From: an uncultured Desulfobacteraceae bacterium
GTDB lineage: Bacteria; Desulfobacterota; Desulfobacteria; Desulfobacterales; SKZT01
Direction: 5' to 3'
NCBI GenBank assembly: GCA_964478625.1
Contig: CAYZJH010000006.1
Coordinates: 12,543 to 76,542, forward strand
DNA length: 64,000 nucleotides
Part shown: positions 57,230 to 64,000 of the stretch, one piece after another
Layout: each line of letters begins with the position of its first letter
Position numbering within the stretch: position 1 is the first letter of the stretch
Program-made: the position numbers and the translations under genes
The notes under the pieces: model-generated
What the model saw: only the letters and a program-made list of their open reading frames with translations
What the model was told of the DNA's origin: nothing
The model's database searches: none

Positions 57230-57721
57230 ATGTATGAGTCCAATTATATTCCACGCGTGCACTCTCGATATTCTATAGAGACGCCCATCAGGTTTGCCCG
57301 GCAAGACACAAAAAATTTATTACCGGCGCATATGCGAAATATTAGTGACGGAGGCATGTATTTCGAATCCCGCCATCCGGTAACACCTCATTCGGATGTA
57401 TTTATCTGGTTACAGAAAAAGCTGCCCAAAAACCAAAATAAAATTCAAATTTATGATTTTTATCGTTCGAAGGTGCTTTGGTGCCGGGAAATCAACAAGG
57501 GAAAAGCCATGGGTATAGGAGTCAAGCATATTAACAAAACTCTATGGGCATTAGGTCCCGAGTTCAACTGCAGTATTTGTGAGGATAGAATTCCTTTGGG
57601 CAAAGTTCATTTTCTTAAAGATTTTGTATATCTGTGCTCAGACTGTTATCATGGGATGGAAAATTGTTCTAAAACCAGCAAGGATGAAATTCTCAGATTT
57701 TTGGAAGGAAACGTCTTTTAG
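57230..57721 (+). CDS. PilZ-domain protein with a C-terminal CxxC..CxxC zinc-ribbon
   Basis: 163 aa; canonical c-di-GMP motifs RVHSR (RxxxR) and NISDGG (D/NxSxxG); C-terminal CSICEDR...CSDCYHG. Confidence 0.85.
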   Translation: MYESNYIPRVHSRYSIETPIRFARQDTKNLLPAHMRNISDGGMYFESRHPVTPHSDVFIWLQKKLPKNQNKIQIYDFYRSKVLWCREINKGKAMGIGVKHINKTLWALGPEFNCSICEDRIPLGKVHFLKDFVYLCSDCYHGMENCSKTSKDEILRFLEGNVF

Positions 57722-57807
57722 GGTTAAATAGATCGGTGAAATGAGCCACCTTTATCGCCTCCTGAACCCCTTGAATTCCGTTATTTGCTGAAAAATCCTT
57801 TCAGCCC

Positions 57808-58250
57808 AGAATTCTCATAAGTACCTGGAATCAATGATTATCGATTTTTTTTTGCATCGTCATTCCGGCGAAAGCCCATTGCCGTCGAGTTCAGGAACTG
57901 ATAGGGAATTCAAGGTTGTCATCCTGAGGGGACCAACCTGGTAGACGGTTATATGGCACGCGTTCAAGGGCAGCCGAAGAATCTTTCCTTCACACCGCCA
58001 CAATTTCTTGTGTTTAAACTCCAAGTCAGATTCGATGATCGGTCAGGGCTGGGGAATAGAGATTCTTCGGTTGCCGTGGTTTCAATCCACTTCATGGGAA
58101 ATATTTTTTCAAGTATTAAGACGTTGCGAGTCGCTCCCTCAGAATGCCATGCAAGAAACCGTTTTCGGCCCCTGATGCCGGTATCAAGATAGGACCTTAA
58201 CTTGACGCCAGTGACAATGACCCCTGGCCGGAACAACAGGTTTGTCAATT
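57808..58250. mobile_element. ~440-bp compound MITE-family element
   Basis: Left end agaattctcataagtacctggaat is the inverted version of the 7850-7875 and 54655-54680 sub-terminal sequence. Contains gtcattccggcgaaagcc, the gttatatggcacgcg...cttgtgtttaaactccaagtcag module, and the module shared with 20590-20730. Ends about 9 bp from the etfA stop. Confidence 0.7.
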
Positions 58251-58258
58251 AAACCTTT

Positions 58259-59245
58259 TCAGCCTTTGATCTCCTGAATTTTTTGGGTCAGTTCCGGCAC
58301 AAATTCAAGAATATCCGCCACGATGCCCACGTCCGCCACCTGGAAAATGGGCGCTTTGGGGTTTTTATTGACGGCCACGATAAACGGTGAGCCTTTAATG
58401 CCTCCCAGGTGTTGGAATGACCCGCTGATACCCAATGCAAGGTATACTTTCGGTTTTACGGTTTTACCCGATGTTCCTACCTGACGTGATTTATCAAGCC
58501 ACTTAGCATCCACAATGGGTCTTGAACAGGAGACATCCCCTCCTATAGCCGCTGCCAGTTCATGAATAATATCCATGTTATCCTGGTCTTCGATACCCCG
58601 CCCCACGGATACCAGGATATCGGATTTGGTGATATCCACATCACCGACTTCAGCTTCAATGACTTCCAAATACCGGCGTTTCATTCCTGAAGAAACGCCT
58701 TTGAGGGCTTCGGATGTCTTGTCAAGAACTTGACCTGCTCCTGATTTGGATTCTTCCGGTTTAAAAGCTCCGGCCCGAACAGAAATGACCGCTCCCTGGG
58801 ATAGGTCGCATTCCACATGGGTACTGACTTGTCCGGTGAACTCTTCACGGACCAACTTTATTTTCTGATCTTTAATCTCTTCAAAGTCGATGGCATCCGA
58901 GACAAATGTGGAACCCATTTTTATAGAAAGACCCGGGGCAAGATCCATACCGAAATGTTCATGGGGAAGAAGAACAATACTTCCTTTGGGAATGATTCGT
59001 GCCAGCATGGGACGAATAGTCTCGGCTATGATATATGAGAGGCTTTCGTGATCAATTTTCCATACCTCGTTAAATAAGGGGGAAATCTGTGTGACCGCTT
59101 TTTCAAGTTCATCTCCGAATCCTGCCACAAGTGCGGTGACGGAAGCATTGGGATCTATTTTTTTGGCTGCGGATAACAACTCCAGAGCGGTGTCATCGGC
59201 AACACCCTGTTTGTGGAGAATATAGGCGAAAATTTTTCCGGACAT
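58259..59245 (-). CDS. etfA: electron transfer flavoprotein, alpha subunit
   Basis: 328 aa; C-terminal FAD domain VYLALGISGSFQHLGGIKGSPFIVAVNKNPKAPIF. Confidence 0.95.
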   Translation of the reverse strand: MSGKIFAYILHKQGVADDTALELLSAAKKIDPNASVTALVAGFGDELEKAVTQISPLFNEVWKIDHESLSYIIAETIRPMLARIIPKGSIVLLPHEHFGMDLAPGLSIKMGSTFVSDAIDFEEIKDQKIKLVREEFTGQVSTHVECDLSQGAVISVRAGAFKPEESKSGAGQVLDKTSEALKGVSSGMKRRYLEVIEAEVGDVDITKSDILVSVGRGIEDQDNMDIIHELAAAIGGDVSCSRPIVDAKWLDKSRQVGTSGKTVKPKVYLALGISGSFQHLGGIKGSPFIVAVNKNPKAPIFQVADVGIVADILEFVPELTQKIQEIKG

Positions 59246-60036
59246 TATTTGATACCTCCTTTGGATTTGAGGATTTCAACGAGTTTTTCCAGGATTTCTT
59301 CGGTGCTCCCTTCCAGCATCTCCGCACCTTCTCCCGGATCAGGCACAAAATAATCCAGACGGTTAACCTTGGCTCCGATTTTTCCGACCATATCCGGAGA
59401 AAGCCCTAAATCGCCCGAGCTATGAACTGGAATATCTGCTGAAGCAACTTTCCGAATCCCCCTGATTCCAACATAGCGCGGTTCATTAATACCTGTCTGA
59501 ATGGACAATACACAAGGCAAGTCCATTTCATTCATTTCCTGGTTGCCCCCGGCAATTTCACGACCGACACAAATTGTTTTGTCATCAATAACCTCTATTT
59601 TGTTGACCAGCGATGCAAATGGCCATTTGAGCAGTTCCGCAAGCATTCCGCCCACCTGTCCAGCACCATCATCAGCCTGTGCCCCGGTTAAGACAAGATC
59701 GTATTTGCCCTTCTCGATTTCGGCTTTCAGAATAGTGGCAATCCCTTTGCCGTCGGAACCTTCAAAAACATCATCACTCAACAAAATACCCCTATCCGCC
59801 CCCATGGCCATTTCACGCCGGATCACCTCCTCTGCATTCTCATCGCCTACGGAAACTACGGTAACATTTCCCCCGACTTTGTCTTTGATCTGAATAGCCT
59901 CTTCAACGGCGTAATTATCCCATTCATTTACCGAATAAACAAGATCATCACGCTCAATATCCGTGCCATCCCGGTTAACAACAATTTCATTTTCCGCAGT
60001 ATCCGGAACCCGTTTTATGCAGACTAAAATTTCCAT
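59245..60036 (-). CDS. etfB: electron transfer flavoprotein, beta subunit
   Basis: Start at ATG 60036 (SD aggagg 6 nt upstream), giving MEILVCIKRVPD. The track start 60132 would overlap the upstream gene. One-nt stop/start overlap with etfA. Confidence 0.93.
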   Translation of the reverse strand: MEILVCIKRVPDTAENEIVVNRDGTDIERDDLVYSVNEWDNYAVEEAIQIKDKVGGNVTVVSVGDENAEEVIRREMAMGADRGILLSDDVFEGSDGKGIATILKAEIEKGKYDLVLTGAQADDGAGQVGGMLAELLKWPFASLVNKIEVIDDKTICVGREIAGGNQEMNEMDLPCVLSIQTGINEPRYVGIRGIRKVASADIPVHSSGDLGLSPDMVGKIGAKVNRLDYFVPDPGEGAEMLEGSTEEILEKLVEILKSKGGIK

Positions 60037-60091
60037 ATATTCCTCCTGTTCTTCTTCGGAGTGCGAAAGCCCTGTTTCGCATTGACAGAAT

Positions 60092-62167
60092 TTATATTTC
60101 CAATTGACGATCCACCAGTTCAACCAAATCAATCACCTCCATTTTCCCCTCCATTCCGCTGGTCTTTACAGCATCCTCCAGATTGATCATACAAAATGGA
60201 CATGCGGTAACAATAACATTCGCACCGGCTTCGGCAGCCATTTCAACTCTGACCTGCCCCATGCGTTTCTCTTCAATAGGCTCATAAAACAGATAAAGTC
60301 CCCCACCGCCACAACAAAATGATCGGTCCCTGCACCTTTTGCCCATCTCAACACGAACAATTCCCTGGATAGAATCGATAACCTTCCGGGGAACATCGTA
60401 AAGTCCGTTATGACGCCCCAGATAGCAGGGATCATGGTATGTAAACACTTTTCCCTTCTCGGTGAAGGGTTTTAACCTGATTTTTTGAATGGAAATTGCG
60501 CGTGCAATCAACTGACTGACATGTTGAACTTCAGGAATTCCTGTGTAATCATTTTTTAATGCATTATAAGCGTGCGGGTCAGCTGTAACAAGGCTTTTTG
60601 CTCCGCTGGCCGATATCGCCTCAATATTCTTGTCTCTTAACTGCTGAAACAGCATTTCCTCTCCAAAACGACGCACCTCATGGCCTGAATCCATCTCAGC
60701 AGGCCCAAGAATCCCAAAATCAATTCCGGATGCTTTCAGAACCCTGGCGGTTGACCGGCCGATCTGCTGGATACGATCATCATAAGAAGTTACACTGTCA
60801 ACGAAATAAAGGGTATCCGCCTTTACCTGATCACCCAGAACCTTGACTCTGCATCGATCTTCAAAATTCTTCTCCTTTATCCAGTCCGCTCTTTTTCGTT
60901 CCATTTTTCCATAAGGGTTTCCACGTTTTTCCAGCGCACCCAGTGGTTTTTGAAGAGACTGAGGAACCATACCTTCCTCAACCATGTATCTGCGAAGGTC
61001 CACGACCTTATCGATGTATTCGATCATTACCGGGCATTCTTCTTCACAGGCCCCGCATGTGGTGCAGGACCAGATTTCATGTTCCTCAAGGATAGACCCG
61101 ATCAACGGTTCATGACTGATTTTAAAATCGCCCAATAGCGAATAATGATTGAATGAATAATCCCGGGATTTAATAGTGATAAACCTGGGCGAAAGGGGTC
61201 TTCCGACCGCATTGGCCGGACAATGATCACTGCATCTACCGCAATCGGCACAGGAATAAAAATCGAGCATATGTTTCCAGGTAAAATCCTCGTATTTTCC
61301 AACACCAAAATTTTTAAGCTCATCCAAGCGGCTGTCTGGAACTCCCCATCGAACCGGTTTGACAGTGCCTTTGTCCAATTTCAGCATAAACACATTGGGA
61401 AGAGACGTGATAATGTGAAAATGCTTTCCCAATGGCAAATAACAGAGGAAAAAGAAAAAAATCAATTCATGAGAAAAATAGGCCCCGATATGAATATGTT
61501 GAAGACTTTCAAGTGAAACACCGGATATCAGTCGAGCGGCAATCCATGGAGTGGTTCCAAAAATCATTGACTCCGGAGGCATCCCTTTTTGGATCCGGGC
61601 TGCGGCAAGGCTTCCTTCAAAAAAAGAATCCGAAATCAGCAAGCCTGAGATCAGCGCCAGCACAAAAACAGCTTCTTTGGTGTGATCTTTCCCGTACTTT
61701 GGCGGCACGGCATATCGTTCCGGTTTCACAATTCCCCTGCGGATCATCGCCGCAATAGCCACAATCAGCATCACAGTCACGGTAATATCCTTTAAGATGT
61801 CATATGCCGTGCCCAGCTCACCACCGAATCCCGGAAGATGATACCCTTCGGATATGCCTAGCAACACCAGTGTGATGGATCGCAGGGAAATGATAAAAAA
61901 ACCTGCAAAAAGAAGAATATGGATAATTCCTGCAGTCATGTACCGGGGATGTTTATATTGGCCGAAGTAATATTTCAATACTGCGGCGAGTCGCTTGGCG
62001 GGACGGTCCATCCGTTCATCCGGCAAAGCCCTTACCAGAGGCGCCATGCGCTTTGCCATAATGTAGGCAAACACGGCGACTCCGACTACCGGAATGATCA
62101 GGGAAAAGATAACGGTGGGAATTCCGAGGAATGCTGCTTTTGCTGGTGAAATCAGCGCTGTTTCCAT
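60092..62167 (-). CDS. membrane Fe-S oxidoreductase: NarI/DsrM-like heme-b TM domain + 2x[4Fe-4S] ferredoxin + HdrD/GlpC-like CCG domains (Etf-associated)
   Basis: 691 aa; N-terminal ~6 TM with conserved His; CADCGRCSDHCP and CTTCGACEEECP ferredoxin motifs; CCG-type motifs YHDPCYLGRH and FCCGGGG...CPFC. Confidence 0.88.
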   Translation of the reverse strand: METALISPAKAAFLGIPTVIFSLIIPVVGVAVFAYIMAKRMAPLVRALPDERMDRPAKRLAAVLKYYFGQYKHPRYMTAGIIHILLFAGFFIISLRSITLVLLGISEGYHLPGFGGELGTAYDILKDITVTVMLIVAIAAMIRRGIVKPERYAVPPKYGKDHTKEAVFVLALISGLLISDSFFEGSLAAARIQKGMPPESMIFGTTPWIAARLISGVSLESLQHIHIGAYFSHELIFFFFLCYLPLGKHFHIITSLPNVFMLKLDKGTVKPVRWGVPDSRLDELKNFGVGKYEDFTWKHMLDFYSCADCGRCSDHCPANAVGRPLSPRFITIKSRDYSFNHYSLLGDFKISHEPLIGSILEEHEIWSCTTCGACEEECPVMIEYIDKVVDLRRYMVEEGMVPQSLQKPLGALEKRGNPYGKMERKRADWIKEKNFEDRCRVKVLGDQVKADTLYFVDSVTSYDDRIQQIGRSTARVLKASGIDFGILGPAEMDSGHEVRRFGEEMLFQQLRDKNIEAISASGAKSLVTADPHAYNALKNDYTGIPEVQHVSQLIARAISIQKIRLKPFTEKGKVFTYHDPCYLGRHNGLYDVPRKVIDSIQGIVRVEMGKRCRDRSFCCGGGGLYLFYEPIEEKRMGQVRVEMAAEAGANVIVTACPFCMINLEDAVKTSGMEGKMEVIDLVELVDRQLEI

Positions 62168-62214
62168 TGGTTCTCCTTGCTGTTTTTTTAAATTGAGACG
62201 GAAAACTGGAGTAA

Positions 62215-62236
62215 ACTGAATGAATATTCATTCAGT
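62215..62236. promoter_or_regulatory. perfect 22-bp palindrome, candidate operator in the divergent etf / fadD control region
   Basis: ACTGAATGAAT|ATTCATTCAGT. Lies 48 bp upstream of the Fe-S oxidoreductase start and 219 bp upstream of the fadD GTG. Confidence 0.55.
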
Positions 62237-62454
62237 ATCAAAAAACACCTTCGACTGTCAAGAAAAAAAGCGATAATTTCATGAATAACAATTTGCAATA
62301 GCTGCCAGAATTCAGGCTTTTAACCACCGGTTCACATCCCCTATTGACTTTCAGTTCAATACATCATAAGTAGTATTTAAATCAAAAATCCTCTATTCCC
62401 ACTCCTTGAAAAGAGAAAATCAGGATGGGGCAATATAATATAAGGAGGTTTTTC

Positions 62455-64000
62455 GTGTCACCAGAAATCAGCTATCAGAATAAGCCATGGCTTGCACATT
62501 ACGAAAAAAATGTGCCCGAATTTATCGATTATGAAGAAATCTGTATTCCGGATTTTCTTGAACGGACCGCAAAAAACTTCCCGGATCGCATGGCCCTCTC
62601 CTTTCAAGGTTATGAAGTCACCTATCAGGGACTTAAAGATATGGTAGACAGGTTTGCTGCCTGTCTGGCCGATTTCGGTATCCAAAAAGGGGATCGTGTC
62701 GCAATTTTGCTTCCGAACCTTATTCCATGCGTTGCCGCTTATTTCGCGATATTAAAAATCGGCGGCATTGTTGTCATGAACAATCCTCTTTATTCAGACC
62801 GGGAACTTGAACATCAGTTTAACGACTCAAATTCCAAAGTATTGATCACCCTTGACCTGCTGGCTAATCGAATGATCGACCTGAGAAATAAAACCAGCAT
62901 CCGGGAAATTGTGGTCACATCCATCGGAGACTACCTTCCCTTTCCCAAAAACCTTTTATTTCCTCTAGTAGGCAAAAGAAAAAAACTGGCGGCATCGGTC
63001 AAGAGTGCCGATCATGTTTATCGGTGGAAGGAATTGATCAAAAAATATCCGCCTGATCCGCCTCGGGTTGACCTCAGTTTCACTGACACTGCCCAGTATC
63101 AGTATACCGGAGGAACTACCGGGGTTTCAAAAGGGGTTATGCTCACCCATGCCAATTTAAGTAAACAGGTTCAGCAAATCGGGGCATGGCTGCCGACCCT
63201 TCGGAAAAATCATGAAATTATGCTGGGAGCCTTGCCCTTTTTTCATGTGTTCGGATTGTCGGTCGCCATGAACTTTGCCATTTACACCTGCTGGGGCATT
63301 GTTCTGGTTCCTAAACCTCAGCCTCAGCCACTTCTTGAAGCCATTGCCAAGTACAAGCCGACTTTTGCGCCTCTGGTTCCCACGATGTATATCGGGATGC
63401 TCAACCACAAAGATATCGAAAAAACAGATATGACCTGTTTGAAAGGGTGTTTTTCGGGAAGCGCACCACTTCCGGTAGAAGTCATCCGGGAGTTTGAAAG
63501 CAAAACAGGTGCGATCATTATTGAGGGCTACGGCCTGACGGAATCATCACCGGTGACTCATGTCAATCCTTTCCTGGGGCAGCGAAAAGTTGGAAGTATA
63601 GGCATACCGGTTCCGGACACTCAATGCCGGGTGGTGAGCCTTGAAGACGGAAAAACCGATGTTCCGGTAGGAGAACCCGGAGAAATTGCCATAAAAGGCC
63701 CCCAGGTCATGAAAGGGTACTGGAACATGCCCAATGAAACCGATGCCGTACTTAGTGACGGGTGGCTTTTGACCGGTGACATCGGTAAAATGGATGAGGA
63801 AGGTTACTTTTATATTGTTGACCGAAAAAAGGATTTAATCATTTCCGGAGGATTAAATGTTTATCCGAGAGATATTGATGAAGTCCTTTTTGAACACCCC
63901 AAAATCCAGGAAGCGTGCGCCATTGGAATTCCTCATCCGACACGGGGGGAGGCTGTCAAAGTTTTTGTTGTCCTCAAAGAGGGAGAAAGAGCAACCCCGG
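62455..64000 (+). CDS. fadD: long-chain-fatty-acid--CoA ligase (AMP-forming), 3' end beyond the window
   Basis: Not in the ORF track because it runs off the window. GTG 62455 sits 7 nt after SD aaggagg. Frame open to the end. Motifs YTGGTTGVSKGVMLTH (AMP-binding), GYGLTE and TGDIGKMDEEGYFYIVDRKKD. Confidence 0.9.
   Translation, partial: MSPEISYQNKPWLAHYEKNVPEFIDYEEICIPDFLERTAKNFPDRMALSFQGYEVTYQGLKDMVDRFAACLADFGIQKGDRVAILLPNLIPCVAAYFAILKIGGIVVMNNPLYSDRELEHQFNDSNSKVLITLDLLANRMIDLRNKTSIREIVVTSIGDYLPFPKNLLFPLVGKRKKLAASVKSADHVYRWKELIKKYPPDPPRVDLSFTDTAQYQYTGGTTGVSKGVMLTHANLSKQVQQIGAWLPTLRKNHEIMLGALPFFHVFGLSVAMNFAIYTCWGIVLVPKPQPQPLLEAIAKYKPTFAPLVPTMYIGMLNHKDIEKTDMTCLKGCFSGSAPLPVEVIREFESKTGAIIIEGYGLTESSPVTHVNPFLGQRKVGSIGIPVPDTQCRVVSLEDGKTDVPVGEPGEIAIKGPQVMKGYWNMPNETDAVLSDGWLLTGDIGKMDEEGYFYIVDRKKDLIISGGLNVYPRDIDEVLFEHPKIQEACAIGIPHPTRGEAVKVFVVLKEGERATP

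Noticed and set aside
60037-60132. Long N-terminal extension of etfB (track start 60132)
   Set aside because: The extension overlaps the upstream oxidoreductase gene, is Trp/Cys-rich nonsense, and the conserved EtfB N-terminus MEILVCIKRVPD begins at ATG 60036 behind an SD.
62253-62262. Solo gactgtcaag (MITE terminus-like) in the etf/fadD intergenic region
   Set aside because: It is only a 10-bp match with no adjoining family modules. It is too short to distinguish a remnant from chance.
1-64000. Screen for prophage, integrase, transposase, restriction-modification, toxin-antitoxin, retron/DGR reverse transcriptase, and rRNA, tmRNA, RNase P and SRP RNAs
   Set aside because: None recognised in any ORF translation or by characteristic RNA motifs. 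The only RNA gene found is tRNA-Gln. Absence by eye is weak evidence and should be confirmed with HMM and Infernal scans.

Overview
All calls come from reading the ORF translations and the DNA by eye. No similarity search, HMM or folding was run, so domain names are motif-based recollections and need confirmation.

The window is a 64-kb chromosomal segment whose gene content reads like a Desulfobacterota genome of the Desulfobacterales type (a fatty-acid-oxidising anaerobe). This is an inference from: a membrane pyrophosphatase, EtfAB plus a DsrM/HdrD-like membrane Fe-S oxidoreductase next to fadD, tungstate ABC uptake, a sigma54 promoter, and dense c-di-GMP signalling.

I count about 50 credible protein genes and one tRNA-Gln. 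I saw no rRNA, CRISPR array, transposase, integrase or phage gene.

- **Left ~10 kb:** an ordinary housekeeping block of rluD, carD, hppA, pth, rplY/ctc, prs, tRNA-Gln, ispE, a DUF1844 gene and serA.
- **Remainder:** a patchwork of metabolism and signalling.
  - Metabolism: tupABC with an extra leaderless TupA paralog, carboxy(nor)spermidine synthase and decarboxylase, Fe-ADH, a tryptophanase-family lyase, and etfBA with an Fe-S oxidoreductase and fadD.
  - Signalling: HD-GYP, RR-PAS-GGDEF-EAL, RR-HPt, and PilZ proteins.
- **Intergenic space:** at least ten copies or compounds of a modular MITE-like repeat family. It has terminal inverted repeats CTTGACAGT...AAGTTCTC and an ATGCCGGACTTGATCCGGCAT hairpin module. 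Two copies carry clean 7-bp target-site duplications.

Candidates most worth a second look:
1. A translationally coupled alpha/beta-hydrolase, SPFH and double-AAA/Lon-protease operon (40582..45722).
2. A sigma54-driven NifX-like / DUF5320 / zinc-ribbon cluster with Gly/Arg-rich, Cys-studded tails (24281..26149).
3. A large PilZ-like protein of unknown family coupled to a membrane GAF-HD-GYP enzyme (12533..16668).
4. A P-loop-less KaiC-like / XRE-HTH / cupin regulator (10518..11819).
5. The MITE family itself.
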